A DNA stretch of 64,000 bases from Candidatus Latescibacterota bacterium (lineage in GTDB: Bacteria > Latescibacterota > UBA2968 > UBA8231). Position numbers and translations under genes: made by a program. Location: assembly GCA_963422735.1 (NCBI GenBank), contig OY730476.1, positions 2,496,001 to 2,560,000 of the forward strand, in the 5' to 3' direction. This document shows, piece by piece, positions 9,331-20,043 of the stretch (positions within the stretch are counted from its first letter, which is position 1; every line of letters starts with the position of its first letter). The notes beneath the pieces are model-generated. The model ran no database searches. It was not told the DNA's origin and saw only the letters and a list, made by a program, of their open reading frames with translations.

Positions 9331-10548
9331 GTGAAAATCACCGATGTTGACATCATTCCAGCGCACGTGCCGCTTGCCGCTCGCAATGCCGAGCACGCCG
9401 TGCGCTTTCGCTCCATTGACCAGCGCACCTTCTTCAAGGTGCAAACCGACAACGGCTTGGTGGGCTGGGGCGAGTACCGCTGCTCGCCGCCGCCTGCGCA
9501 GAGCGTGGAGGGCCTTATCGGGCGCAGTCCCTTCGACTTTTTGGGCAGCGATGTCCATCTCGGTTTGGCCGGGGCCTTGTACGACGTGATGGGCCAGTAC
9601 CTCGAAGTGCCGGCCTATAAGCTAATGGGCCCCAAAGTGCGCGACCGCGTACCCGTGGCGGCTTGGACTCGGCCCGCGGATCCCGAGGAGCTAAGCCGCG
9701 AGATCCGCCGCGCCGCCGACCAAGGCTACCGGCTGTTCAAGATGCACACTTGCCAGCACTACGACGTGTTCGAGCAAAACCGCGCGGTAGAGGATGTGGC
9801 ACCAGCAGGCTTCAAGATGCAGTACGACTTCAATTCCAACCGCACCTTGGCCACTGTGTTACCTATCGTCAAACAACTCGAAAAATCGCCCGTAGTGGGC
9901 TATATCGAGGATCCCTTGGTACTGAGCGATGTAGAAGGCTGGCGGCGGCTCCGCGCCCAATGCAGCGTGCCGCTGGTCATGCACGTGCCGCCGCTAGGCG
10001 GGTTGCAGGAGGTCGTGCAGGGGATGGCCGATGCGTATATCGTGGCCGAGTACTGCGGCGGGTTTGGCGACGCGTTGGTGCGCGGCTTGGCCTATGGCAA
10101 AGCCAATGTGCAAGTGGTGGTGCAGCTAACCGGAGGCACCTTGGCCAAGGCGTTGGCTCTACACTTGTCGGCCGTGCTGCCTACGGCGGCCCACTCGATC
10201 AATCTCGACGACCAGTACCAGGAGGACGCGGCCTGTCAGCGCATTGAAATCGTCGAAGGTTGTTCGCCCGTGCCCGAGGGGCCGGGCCTCGGCGTGGAGG
10301 TGGACGAAGCGGTCATTGCGCGCTTGGCGCAGCGCGGCCCAGCGGAAATCCCCCGGCACTTGGGCAAGCTGCGCCTGCCGGACGGGCATGTACTCTACAC
10401 GGCCAGCATTCCACCCATAGATGCGTTGACCGGCTTTGCCGAGGGAACCATCCGGGGCTTGTCGTTTGAGGTGTGGAGCGACGATGGGTCTGAGGAATTC
10501 GAGCGCATGTACGGGCGGGTGGAAGAAGAGGGGTCGGTGTTGGAGTGA
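9331..10548 (+). CDS. Mandelate racemase/muconate lactonizing (enolase superfamily) protein
   Basis: 'KVQTDNGLVGWGE', 'ALYDVMGQYLEVPAYKLMG', 'YDFN', 'IEDP', 'PEGPGLGVEVDE'. Confidence 0.9.
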   Translation: MKITDVDIIPAHVPLAARNAEHAVRFRSIDQRTFFKVQTDNGLVGWGEYRCSPPPAQSVEGLIGRSPFDFLGSDVHLGLAGALYDVMGQYLEVPAYKLMGPKVRDRVPVAAWTRPADPEELSREIRRAADQGYRLFKMHTCQHYDVFEQNRAVEDVAPAGFKMQYDFNSNRTLATVLPIVKQLEKSPVVGYIEDPLVLSDVEGWRRLRAQCSVPLVMHVPPLGGLQEVVQGMADAYIVAEYCGGFGDALVRGLAYGKANVQVVVQLTGGTLAKALALHLSAVLPTAAHSINLDDQYQEDAACQRIEIVEGCSPVPEGPGLGVEVDEAVIARLAQRGPAEIPRHLGKLRLPDGHVLYTASIPPIDALTGFAEGTIRGLSFEVWSDDGSEEFERMYGRVEEEGSVLE

Positions 10549-10626
10549 GAGACTGGCGTAAGCGATTTGAATCCTCTTGGTCCTTTCGCAGTCTCCTAAG
10601 CCGGCCGGGCATGCTGCCCGGCGCGT

Positions 10627-11259
10627 ATGTACTGTCCACTGTCCATTGTTTTACTAGACCTGATGCCCCCCCGGCCGTCTTGGCTCAAGCCCCGTACGGC
10701 CTGCAAGAACATCTCCATCCGGCCATTGTCCTTAGCTCGGACGATTACTTTGTGTACATCAATTCGGGATCCCGCACGGACCACGGCGAGCGGTCCGAGG
10801 ATGGGGCTTTTGCCAGAGTCGTCGGCCATTTTGCGAATGCCGGCGGATGGTCAAGACATTCTGATTCCGATCGCTGAGGAGACGCTGCAGGCTTCGGGCT
10901 ACTTGTGCGCCGACGAGTTCCGCAATGCCTTTGGCATGGCCTTTGCCGCCAACGGCGATCCTATTGACGCCGAGATCATCGGCAATAGAATCTACGTGAT
11001 CGAGTGGAGTGGTGGTCGCGGCTTATGGGAGATTACCCTGCCCGGCAGTTCGGCCACCGCGGTGGAAAAAGAAAGTGGCAGTGCGCCCGACGGGTACGCG
11101 CTAGCGCAGAATTATCCTAACCCCTTCAACTCCAACACGACTATCGCCTACGAAGTGGGCAGCGAAGGCCCGAATGACGCTGGACAGAATATCTGCGGTT
11201 TGGTACAGGGCCGGTTGGCGGCGGGACGCTACGCGGTGAAGTGCGCTTGCACCGCCTAA
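10627..11259 (+). pseudogene. Eroded secreted protein (sugar-dehydrogenase-like propeller fragments) with T9SS type-A-like C-terminal domain
   Basis: Fragments in two frames (YINSGSRTDHGE; RNAFGMAFAANGD; IYVIEW) followed by 'ATAVE...YALAQNYPNPFNSNTTIAY'. Confidence 0.6.
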
Positions 11260-11363
11260 AGTCGGCGTATATGCGCTCGGAGCGCACCCGGAACTTGTCG
11301 CGCTTAAAGGCGCGGTGAGGCAGATAGCTTCTGACAGATATTAACAAAGACAAAGGAGAATCG

Positions 11364-12662
11364 ATGATGAACCAGCGTAGCGCACTTTTGAGATTCATCG
11401 GCATTCCGTTGCACTGGCAGATCGCCCTTGCTCTCGCCCTTGCTGCATTAGTAGGCTGGCTGGCCGACGAGCATACGATGCTGTTTGGCGCGTCGCTTGT
11501 GGAAATTTTCGATTTTTTCGGCGGCTTGTTCCTCAACGCGCTGAAGATGATCGTGGTGCCGCTCATCTTGTCTTCGATCATTGTGGGCGTCCGCAACATG
11601 GCGAGCCAGAACGCCTTTGGACGCATCGGCGGGAAGACGGTGGCTTTTTACGTGGCTACCGGGTTGCTGTCGGTTTTTACTGGTCTCGTTTTTGTCAATC
11701 TCATAGCACCCGGCGAGACTGAATCGGCGCGGGCGCTGGGCATCGCGCTGCCAGACCCGTCGCAAGTCATGGACAAGGTAGAGGGGCGCGGCATACGCGA
11801 TCTGGTTGAGGTACTCAAGCGCACGATACCGTCCAACATTTTCGCAGCGGCACTAGAGGTTCAACTGCTGGCACTGGTATTCGTCGGAGTCGTGTTCGGG
11901 TATTTCATGTCGCGGCTGAACGGGCCGGCGGGCGACACCCTACAGCAGTTCTGGGTCGGTATGCACGGCCTCATGATCTTGATCACAATGTGGATCATGC
12001 GATTTGCTCCCATCGGCGCGTTTGCGCTGGTGGGCAAGACATTGCTCGTCTCCGGCTTTGCTGCGCTTGAAGCGTTGGGCCTGTTCTTCCTGACCGTATT
12101 GCTGGCACTGGCGGTGCATTTTGCCGTCTGGTTGCCGCTGCTGCTGCGCTTGGTTGCCGGCATCAGCCCATACGCCTACTACGCCAAGATCGCACCCGCG
12201 CAATTGACCGCGTTTTCGACCGCTTCGTCTTCGGCAACCTTGCCAGTGACCATCAAAAGCGCCGAACAGGCTGGCATCTCCAACCGCGTGACTAGCTTTG
12301 TCCTGCCGTTGGGTGCGACGGTGAACATGGACGGGACGGCACTCTACGAGTGCATCGTGGTGGTCTTCATTGCCCAGGTGTACGCGTTCGCGTCTGGCGT
12401 GGATTTTGGCATCGCGGAGCAGCTAATCGTCGTATTGCTCGCCTTGCTCACGTCGATCGGCGTGGCGGGCATCCCCGCTGCCAGCTTGGTCGCGATTGCG
12501 CTGATCTTGCCCGCGGTCGGCTTGCCGGTGGAAGCCATCGCCATCGTTCTAACTGTTGATCGCCTGCTCGATATGTGCCGCACGGCCGTCAACGTGACCA
12601 GCGATCTAGTGGTCACGGCGCTGGTGGCGCACACAGAAGGCGAAGACCTGATCCGAGCTTGA
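11364..12662 (+). CDS. Dicarboxylate/amino acid:cation symporter (DAACS, GltP-like)
   Basis: '[12 protein letters not shown]', '[15 protein letters not shown]', '[16 protein letters not shown]'. Confidence 0.95.
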   Translation: MMNQRSALLRFIGIPLHWQIALALALAALVGWLADEHTMLFGASLVEIFDFFGGLFLNALKMIVVPLILSSIIVGVRNMASQNAFGRIGGKTVAFYVATGLLSVFTGLVFVNLIAPGETESARALGIALPDPSQVMDKVEGRGIRDLVEVLKRTIPSNIFAAALEVQLLALVFVGVVFGYFMSRLNGPAGDTLQQFWVGMHGLMILITMWIMRFAPIGAFALVGKTLLVSGFAALEALGLFFLTVLLALAVHFAVWLPLLLRLVAGISPYAYYAKIAPAQLTAFSTASSSATLPVTIKSAEQAGISNRVTSFVLPLGATVNMDGTALYECIVVVFIAQVYAFASGVDFGIAEQLIVVLLALLTSIGVAGIPAASLVAIALILPAVGLPVEAIAIVLTVDRLLDMCRTAVNVTSDLVVTALVAHTEGEDLIRA

Positions 12663-12666
12663 TGGG

Positions 12667-14181
12667 CTACAAGATGCCCACGCGGGGGCTGCTGGCGTCT
12701 TCCAACATGCCCTCGGCTGCCACGAGATTGAGCTGGCCGACTTCCTCGGGCGTCAGGTCCGGCAAGCACTCCACCAATCCCAGAAAACGCTCGATTTCGG
12801 CCGGCTCTACGAGTCTCTCGGTCAATACAGCTAGCTTGTCGATGTAGTCTGGCCGCGCAAAGGGCCGGTCGCCGAGGTAGTGGGCATTGGGGTTGTCGAG
12901 GCGTTCGGTGATCTGGGTGCCGTCGCCGAGGCGGACCGCGACTTGGGCGCCGAACTTCTTGTGGACGGGATCTGGATGGTGATAGGCTTGGGTCCACTCG
13001 GCGACTTCTTCGGTGCGGATTTTGTGCCACAGCGCGATGGTCGAAGGGCGGTGGGCGCGCTCCGAGGTATAGGAACGCACGTGGTGCCAAGCGCCGTCCT
13101 CCGAGGCGACAGCGAGGATGTACATGGCGCTGTGGTCGAGGGTCTCGCGCGAGGCGTCTGGGTCCATTTTCTGTGGGTCGTTGGCCCCCGTGCCGATCAC
13201 GTAGTGCGTGTGGTGGCTGGTGCGGATTACGATGTCTTCTACTTGGTCTAGATCTATATGGCGATCGTGTAGCCGGAAGCCGAGGTCGATCAGGGCTTGG
13301 GCTTGGTATTCGGCGGAGTGCTCCTTGGTGTAGGAGCGGAGGATGGCGCGCATCCGTTCGCCGGGACCGGGCAGGGGGACTGAGTATTCGGCGTCTGGCC
13401 CGGACAGCATCCAAGCGATGACTGCGTCGCGGCCCTCGTAGATGGGCGACGGTGCCCGTTCGCCGAGGCGCGCCCGGCCCACAGCTTCAATGGCGATCTT
13501 GTTGGCTTGGGCTGGGGCGTAGGCTTTCCACGAGGTGATGTCCCCTTTGCGCGACTGGCGGGTAGCGCAGGCCAAGTGCAGGCTCTGATTGATGGCTTGG
13601 TAGATTTGCTCAGCCGGCATCTGGAGCATAGTTCCCAGCCCGGCCGCTACAGCCGGGGCGAGGTGGGCGACATGGTCGATTTTGTGCTCGTGCAGGCAGA
13701 TGCCAGTGACTAGCGCCATTTGCACCTCATAGGCCGTGAGTATCCCCAAGGTCAGCGCGCGGCCGTCGGCACCTGTTTGCTGGGCGGCGGCGAGCAGGCC
13801 GGGGATGGTGTCGCCGGGGTGCGAGTAATCGGCCGCGAGATAGGTGTCATGCATGTCGAGTTCGCGCACGGCCACGCCATTGGCGAGGGCAGCCCACTCG
13901 CAGTGGAAGCTGCGGTCGTTGGCTACGCCGAAGAGGCGGGCACCGCTGTTGCGGGGATGGGAATAGCCCAAGGCGAGGAGGCGGGCGTTGCGCACCGGCG
14001 AGCGGTTGATTGCGGCTAGTGCGACCGCGGCGTTGTCGATGACGCGATTGCCAATCATCTCGGCGACATCCGCGTCGAACGCTTGGTTGTGGGCGGCGAG
14101 TTGGGCTAGCTTCCAAGCCAATTGCTCTTTGCGCGGGAGGACAGTACCGTCTGGGTGGGTCTTGACGATGTGACTTTGCAT
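12667..14181 (-). CDS. prpD: MmgE/PrpD family, 2-methylcitrate dehydratase
   Basis: '[19 protein letters not shown]', 'SWKAYAPA', '[11 protein letters not shown]', '[11 protein letters not shown]'. Confidence 0.9.
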   Translation of the reverse strand: MQSHIVKTHPDGTVLPRKEQLAWKLAQLAAHNQAFDADVAEMIGNRVIDNAAVALAAINRSPVRNARLLALGYSHPRNSGARLFGVANDRSFHCEWAALANGVAVRELDMHDTYLAADYSHPGDTIPGLLAAAQQTGADGRALTLGILTAYEVQMALVTGICLHEHKIDHVAHLAPAVAAGLGTMLQMPAEQIYQAINQSLHLACATRQSRKGDITSWKAYAPAQANKIAIEAVGRARLGERAPSPIYEGRDAVIAWMLSGPDAEYSVPLPGPGERMRAILRSYTKEHSAEYQAQALIDLGFRLHDRHIDLDQVEDIVIRTSHHTHYVIGTGANDPQKMDPDASRETLDHSAMYILAVASEDGAWHHVRSYTSERAHRPSTIALWHKIRTEEVAEWTQAYHHPDPVHKKFGAQVAVRLGDGTQITERLDNPNAHYLGDRPFARPDYIDKLAVLTERLVEPAEIERFLGLVECLPDLTPEEVGQLNLVAAEGMLEDASSPRVGIL

Positions 14182-14276
14182 GACCTGCTTCCGTGGTTGG
14201 CAGAGTTGGAAAAGACAAATAATAGGGCCTACCGCTGTGGACGGACAAGCGCAAGAACAGATTGCGAAGGAGAGAG

Positions 14277-15221
14277 ATGAAAGTCTTGATGAGGATGGAT
14301 TTAGCAGAGGAGTTGATAGAGCAGATTCGGCAGGTGTCCGAGGAAGTGGAAGTAGTGCGCGTGGACTCGGATGCGGCGGCCTTGGAAATCATGCCGGAGA
14401 TCGAGGTCGTCTGCGGGCATGTCAGCCGGGAGATGTTCGCGCGGCGGAAAAAGCTCAAGTGGATGCAGAGTTGGGGGGCGGGGGTAGATGGGTTGCTGCA
14501 CTCCGAACTGGTCGCGAGCGATGTAGTGTTATGCAGTGCCAAGGGGTGGGTGGGGGTGCATATGGCCGAACATGCGATGGCGTTGTTGCTCGGGTTGACG
14601 CGGGGGCTCCACACAGCCGTGCGCAATCCGGGCTGGGATCCGCGCTGGTCAATCCGCGCCGCGTCGTGGGAACTGATTGACCAGACGATGGGCATTGTGG
14701 GGTTGGGGGGGACCGGGACGGCGCTAGCCCAGCGTGCGAGCGCGTTCGGAATGCGAATTATAGCGGTGGATCCAGAGGAGGTCGCCGTGCCGGAAACAGT
14801 GGAAGCCTGCTGGGGGATGGATCAGTTCTACGCGCTGTTGGACCAATCCGATGTGGTGGTGATTTGCGCGCCGCTGACCGCGAAGAGCGCAGGGCTGTTC
14901 GGCCGAGAGGCGTTTGCGCGGATGCGGAGCCATGCGCTGCTGATCAATGTCACGCGAGGGAGGATCGTCAATGAGCAGGCATTGCTAGCAGCACTTGTCG
15001 AAGGGCAGATCGGCGGGGCGGGGTTGGACGTAGTGCCGCAGGAGCCCCTGCCCGAGGATCACCCCCTGTGGCGGATGGACAATGTGCTGATCACGCCGCA
15101 TACGGCCGGGGGATCGCCCAACCGCGACATTCGGTGCGCGACGTTGTTTTGCGAGAATTTGCAGCGCTATCTGGCGGGGGAGACGTTGCTGAGCGTGGTC
15201 GACAAGAGCAAGGGGTATTGA
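14277..15221 (+). CDS. D-2-hydroxyacid dehydrogenase
   Basis: 'GIVGLGGTG', 'INVTRG', 'GAGLDVVPQEPL', 'ITPHTAG'. Confidence 0.93.
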   Translation: MKVLMRMDLAEELIEQIRQVSEEVEVVRVDSDAAALEIMPEIEVVCGHVSREMFARRKKLKWMQSWGAGVDGLLHSELVASDVVLCSAKGWVGVHMAEHAMALLLGLTRGLHTAVRNPGWDPRWSIRAASWELIDQTMGIVGLGGTGTALAQRASAFGMRIIAVDPEEVAVPETVEACWGMDQFYALLDQSDVVVICAPLTAKSAGLFGREAFARMRSHALLINVTRGRIVNEQALLAALVEGQIGGAGLDVVPQEPLPEDHPLWRMDNVLITPHTAGGSPNRDIRCATLFCENLQRYLAGETLLSVVDKSKGY

Positions 15222-15259
15222 GGCTATAATGCGCCGCAAACGGCGATAGCGGCAAGGTT

Positions 15260-16519
15260 GTGAAAGAGACAGGTCTTGGCGAATATTGTGTCATGTCTGC
15301 TTGGAGTGACATGCCCTGCTTGAGGTGCTGCGGTGCATGGGCCGTGATGCTGTGGGCCACGCTCGCTGTGGTCGATGCCGCCGACACCAACGAGGCGCTG
15401 GGGGACCGCTATCTGGCGGAGGGACGCTATCGCTTGGCGGTGCAGGCCTTCGAACAGGCTGTGCGGTGTCAGCCCGAGTCGGCGGACCGCCGCCGCAAAT
15501 TGGCCGCTGCCTACGCCGAGGACCAACAATTGTCCCAGGCAGTCGCCGCCTATCAAGAGGCGATCGCCCTGCGGACCGATTACGCCAAGGCACGCACCGA
15601 GTTGGCGATTCTGCTGACCCGTCTCGACCGTCGCGACGAGGCGATGATAGCACTCGAAAAAGCAGTTGAACTCAGTCCCGATTACGCGTGGGCGCATCTA
15701 TCGCTGGGACAGCTCCACTTCAGCAAGGGGAACTACGACTCAGCGCAAGTCGCCTACCGCCGTGCCCTCGCCGCCAAAGGCGACTACGGCGAGGCTTGGT
15801 ACCATCTTGGCGAAGTCCAGCGCAAGCTGAACGGCTACGCCGCTGCCGAGCAGGCGTATCGCCGTGCCCTCGCCGCCGACTCAACGGTGGCCAAATACCG
15901 CAACGGGCTAGCCACCAGCTATTACCGCCGCCGCAATTATACCGCCGCTGTCGGAGAACTAAGGCGAGCGGTACGGCTAGATTCGCTCTATGCACCGGCC
16001 CGCTTTAACTTGGGAAATGCTCTGCTGCGCATAGGTCGGCGCGAAGAGGGCCAGCGTCAGTTGGACATTTACCGGCGTCTCGAAGAACAAGAGCGGGGTA
16101 TCGCCTCGCTAAAGAACACATTGCTGACAACGCCCGACCAAGCGACAGTCTATCACGATCTAGGCATGCTCTACTCGCGTCGCGGCCAGTACGACCAAGC
16201 CCAGATTCACTACATGCAGGCGATCTCCCGGGACACCTCGTTTGCGCCCTCGTACCACAATCTAGGCAATATCCAGTTGCGGCAGGGGCGGTTCGAAGCG
16301 GCACTCGACCTATTCCGCCGGGGCCTGCAGGCGGATTCCACCTATGTGTTGTCCTATTTGGCGCTGGGCAATGTGCAGATGCGGCTCCAGCAAGTGCCTC
16401 TGGCACTGACAAGCTATCTCCAAGGTTTGCGGTTTGCCCCGGACGATCTGCGACTCAAGCGCAACGCTGCGTTGGCTCGGCGGATCCTCGCCACCGCTCG
16501 ACAACAGGAGTCTCCGTGA
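15260..16519 (+). CDS. Exported tetratricopeptide repeat protein (cluster copy A; start uncertain)
   Basis: Tandem TPRs (AWYHLG, ARFNLGNAL, SYHNLGNI); paralogue at 49012. Confidence 0.9.
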   Translation: MKETGLGEYCVMSAWSDMPCLRCCGAWAVMLWATLAVVDAADTNEALGDRYLAEGRYRLAVQAFEQAVRCQPESADRRRKLAAAYAEDQQLSQAVAAYQEAIALRTDYAKARTELAILLTRLDRRDEAMIALEKAVELSPDYAWAHLSLGQLHFSKGNYDSAQVAYRRALAAKGDYGEAWYHLGEVQRKLNGYAAAEQAYRRALAADSTVAKYRNGLATSYYRRRNYTAAVGELRRAVRLDSLYAPARFNLGNALLRIGRREEGQRQLDIYRRLEEQERGIASLKNTLLTTPDQATVYHDLGMLYSRRGQYDQAQIHYMQAISRDTSFAPSYHNLGNIQLRQGRFEAALDLFRRGLQADSTYVLSYLALGNVQMRLQQVPLALTSYLQGLRFAPDDLRLKRNAALARRILATARQQESP

Positions 16520-18177
16520 GGTCGCACACTCGGTGGTGGGTGCTCGCGGGCATCGCTTGGCTGTTGGCACTCGGTGGTGGGGCGGTGGGTGCTGCCGCAC
16601 CTCGTTTCGTCGAGGTCACTATGGAGGCAGGCATCGACTTCCGCTATATCAATGGTGCCAGTGGGGCCAAATACATGCCGGAGGCGGTGGGATCTGGGGC
16701 GGCTTTCTTCGACGGCGATGGCGACGGTTTCCTCGACTTATATATCGTCAATGGCGCGGCTCTGCCCGGCTATGAGGGACCAACCGGCTCCAATGCCTAT
16801 TATCGCAATCGGGCTGATGGCACGTTCGTCAATGCCACCTTAGTATCGGGGACGGGGGACGAGGCCTTTGGCATGGGGGCAGCCGTCGGCGATATTGATG
16901 GCGATGGCGACTCCGACCTCTATGTCACTAATTATGGCCCCAATCGACTCTACGAAAACGACGGGTGCGCGGTCTTTGCCGATATCGCGTCCGAACTCGG
17001 TGCGGCAGACCCGGGTTGGGGCACTCACGCGGCTTTTGTCGACTACGATAGCGATGGCGACCTCGACCTCTACGTTGCCAACTATATGGACTTTGACCCA
17101 GCGCAGAATGTGGAGTGTTTTGCGGGCAAGGTGCGGTCGTATTGCGGGCCAACGACCTATCCGGGGCAAACAGGCGTCCTCTACCGCAACGACGGGGGGA
17201 GATCGTTTGCCGAAGTGACGGCAGCAGCCGGTCTGCACAACGATTCCGGTCGCCAGTTGGCGGCGGTCTTCGGCGATCTAGATGGCGATGGCGACTCCGA
17301 TCTCTTCGTCGCCAACGACAAGAAGCCCAATTTCCTTTTTGTCAATAACGGCGACGGTACCTTCTCAGAAAACGGTGCAGTGGCGGGGGTTGCCTACAAC
17401 GAAGAAGGATTAGCCGAGTCGGCGATGGGGGCCGATCTGGGCGACTACGACAACGACGGGCGGCTCGACATTATCGTCGCTACCTACCAGTGGCTGGCCA
17501 ATACCCTCTACCACAACGACGGCGACGGCTTCTTCACCGACTTGACGTTCGCCGTAGGACTAGGCGTGGCGAGTGTGCCGTATCTTGGTATGACCGCTGC
17601 CTTCGTCGATTGCGATAACGACGGTTTCCTAGATGTCTTCGTTGCTAACGGCCATCTCGACGAGAACGTCGCCGAATACGACCCTTCCACCACCTATCCA
17701 CAGCAAAACCAGTTGTTTCGCAACAGCGGCGACGGCTCCTTTATCGAGGTCAGCGACCAGAGCGGACCGGGGATGCGCGTCGAAAGGGTAAGTCACGGAG
17801 CGATCTTCGGCGATTACGATAACGATGGCGATGTTGACTTTTTTATTTCCGACTCTGACACACCCCATTGCACCCTGCTGCGCAATGATGGCGGCAATGC
17901 CAATCACTGGCTCAGGGTCCGTACCGAGGGCCGCCAGAGCAACCGGGAGGGCATCGGTGCTAAGGTGCGGGCAGTAGCTGGCGATCTGGTCCAAGTGCGG
18001 GAGGTCCGCGCTAGTTATGGCTATATGGGCAGCAACGATGTGCGATTGACCCTAGGATTGGGCCAGTATGCGACAATCGATACGCTGCAGATCTTTTGGC
18101 CCAGCGGCGCGGTGCAGACGCTAGTGGAATTGGCAGCCGACCGGGAAATCTCCGTGGTAGAGGCGGCCGACCGATGA
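16516..18177 (+). CDS. CRTAC1-family FG-GAP/VCBS repeat protein with ASPIC/UnbV C-terminus
   Basis: Signal peptide; repeated DxDGDGxxDLYVxN; 'NHWL..SNREGIGAKV...WPSG'. Confidence 0.93.
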   Translation: MRSHTRWWVLAGIAWLLALGGGAVGAAAPRFVEVTMEAGIDFRYINGASGAKYMPEAVGSGAAFFDGDGDGFLDLYIVNGAALPGYEGPTGSNAYYRNRADGTFVNATLVSGTGDEAFGMGAAVGDIDGDGDSDLYVTNYGPNRLYENDGCAVFADIASELGAADPGWGTHAAFVDYDSDGDLDLYVANYMDFDPAQNVECFAGKVRSYCGPTTYPGQTGVLYRNDGGRSFAEVTAAAGLHNDSGRQLAAVFGDLDGDGDSDLFVANDKKPNFLFVNNGDGTFSENGAVAGVAYNEEGLAESAMGADLGDYDNDGRLDIIVATYQWLANTLYHNDGDGFFTDLTFAVGLGVASVPYLGMTAAFVDCDNDGFLDVFVANGHLDENVAEYDPSTTYPQQNQLFRNSGDGSFIEVSDQSGPGMRVERVSHGAIFGDYDNDGDVDFFISDSDTPHCTLLRNDGGNANHWLRVRTEGRQSNREGIGAKVRAVAGDLVQVREVRASYGYMGSNDVRLTLGLGQYATIDTLQIFWPSGAVQTLVELAADREISVVEAADR

Positions 18178-18323
18178 GCGCACGGTGATTTTACCTGAGC
18201 GCGTGGACGGTAGTGGTGTCGGCTGCCGAGCAGGTTCCCGACTCGGCTTTGGGTGGTGTAGAGTCAGTAGCTTTGCGGCGTTTTGATCTGTCGCCGGGCG
18301 CGACGCAATAAACGGACGAGTAA
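18174..18323 (+). pseudogene. 5' relic of a further secreted protein coupled to the CRTAC1 gene
   Basis: ATGA overlap with upstream stop; MSAR*FYLSAWTVVVSAAEQVP is signal-peptide-like with TGA at a likely Trp. Confidence 0.35.
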
Positions 18324-18351
18324 TTGACAGATGATGGCTCCGCAGTAGCTT
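18324..18351 (+). promoter_or_regulatory. Possible sigma70 promoter for the foldase gene
   Basis: TTGACA-16 nt-TAGCTT upstream of RBS AAGGAG and TTG start. Confidence 0.35.
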
Positions 18352-18414
18352 TCACTGCAGTTCGCTGCAAAATCTCGCCCGCTGCGGAGAAGCGACAAAA
18401 AGGAGAGCATCTAA

Positions 18415-19845
18415 TTGCGTTTCACTGACCTTGCCAACAAATCCATCACCGGCATTGCTTGCGCGTTATTGGCCTGCTGCAGCATGGCTGCTGCCCAAAC
18501 CGAATACGTCGTACGCGTGAGCGACGAGAAAATCTCGGTTGCCGAGTTCCAACAGCGCGCCCAGAAAATGATGAAAACGGGTTTTCGCCATATCGACATT
18601 GAAGACCCCCAGGCCAAAAAGGTTTTTCTCGACGGCATCATCGCCCACGAGTTGCTCGCGCAAGAAGGGATGCGGCGCGGGCTAGACCGCGATACGGTGA
18701 TCGCCGAGGAGGTGCGGCGCGTCGAAGAGCAGGCGTTGCGGAGCAAGCTCTACGAGGTCGCGGCACTGACGGGCGATTATTTGTCAACCGAAGAAGAGTT
18801 ACGGGCGTTTTTCGTCGAGCGGCAGTTCGACGCGGAGGTCTATAGCCAGCACATCGTCTGCGCCACCGAGGAAGAGGCGTGGGAAGTGCTGGATCGACTC
18901 GGCAAGGGCGAGACATTTGCCGAGCTTTTTCCGCTCTATTCGGTGCCGCACATTCAGAAACGTTTTGCGCCAGCCGGTCGGGTCGGTTGGGTTAAAACCG
19001 GCGGCTTGCTGCCCCCGTTGATCGAACCAATCAAGAGCATGAAGCCAGGCGAGGTCTATCCGCAACCGGTCGCGACCAGTTCGGGTTTCCATGTCTTCAA
19101 GCTCGAAAATCGGCGCAAGACGGATTTTGCCGCGACCCGGGACTGGTTGGAACGCCGATTGCGCGAGGTGAAGCGGGGGCGGGATATGGAGGCCTATGTC
19201 GGCGAATTGCGCCGGCGCTATGCGCTGACTCTGAACCCAGAGACGATGCAGCAATTGCAGGCGCTAGCCCCCGGGGTCAAGGCGTGGTCGGGGGAGGATC
19301 AGGTGTTGCTTAACTGGCAGGGCGGCGAGCTGACGCTCGGCGAATATCTGGAGTATCACCGCTTGGGCCGGGTCAAACATCCGGCGTCCCTCGACAGTGC
19401 CGGGTTGCACAAGGCCGCCGACGGGCTGGCGGGACGGGAGATCATGTTGGCAGAGGCCCGCAAGCTAAAGCTCGATGATGATCCAGAGATCAGGATCAAG
19501 ACCAAGACTCGCCGCGACGAATTGCTGATTCAGTGGCTCTATCGCGTCGAGGGCAAGGCGGTCGCGCTGGAGCAGGACGTGCCGGAAGGGGAAGTACGCA
19601 CGTTCTACGACGAAAACACCGATATGTTTACTCGTCAGGACGGGGAGGTTGCGGACTTTGATCTGGTTCGAGATAGCATTCGCGGGGCGCTGCTCACTCA
19701 TAAAGAAAATAAAGCGATGGATGATCTGATCGCCCGGCTACGGGAGGAACGCAAAGGGGAAATAGAGATTTATCTCATAGGTTTCGACCGCGCCCAACTC
19801 GTGCGGCCCGTTGCCCCTGCGAAGCCAGAGTCATTGCTAGAGTAA
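18415..19845 (+). CDS. Exported PpiC-type peptidyl-prolyl isomerase/foldase (SurA/PrsA-like), copy A
   Basis: Signal peptide; 'QHIVCATEEEA..L.KGETFAEL', 'GRVGW', 'PVATSSGFHVFKL'. Confidence 0.88.
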   Translation: MRFTDLANKSITGIACALLACCSMAAAQTEYVVRVSDEKISVAEFQQRAQKMMKTGFRHIDIEDPQAKKVFLDGIIAHELLAQEGMRRGLDRDTVIAEEVRRVEEQALRSKLYEVAALTGDYLSTEEELRAFFVERQFDAEVYSQHIVCATEEEAWEVLDRLGKGETFAELFPLYSVPHIQKRFAPAGRVGWVKTGGLLPPLIEPIKSMKPGEVYPQPVATSSGFHVFKLENRRKTDFAATRDWLERRLREVKRGRDMEAYVGELRRRYALTLNPETMQQLQALAPGVKAWSGEDQVLLNWQGGELTLGEYLEYHRLGRVKHPASLDSAGLHKAADGLAGREIMLAEARKLKLDDDPEIRIKTKTRRDELLIQWLYRVEGKAVALEQDVPEGEVRTFYDENTDMFTRQDGEVADFDLVRDSIRGALLTHKENKAMDDLIARLREERKGEIEIYLIGFDRAQLVRPVAPAKPESLLE

Positions 19846-20043
19846 GACGGAGGTATATCTAACGCTTCTGTGAATTTCTAATTGGATTCTTTGTTGGCGT
19901 GTATTATATTACGCCACACAAGCTGCAGGGTAATAGCCGTTTTTACCTATGCCAATCGTGTAGGTAGAATGTTTAAGTCAATATTTTATACGTATAATGC
20001 GTAACGTAATATCGTAATAACCTCCAAAGAAAGGGGATTGCAG
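19846..20043 (+). promoter_or_regulatory. AT-rich promoter region of the core operon with palindrome over the -10 box
   Basis: Sharp GC drop; perfect palindrome TTATACGTATAA (19986-19997) overlapping TATAAT (19993-19998). Confidence 0.55.

Noticed and set aside
16516-18177. CRISPR-like or tandem DNA repeats (GACGGCGATGGCGAC)
   Set aside because: These encode FG-GAP DxDGDG motifs inside a gene and are degenerate and irregularly spaced.
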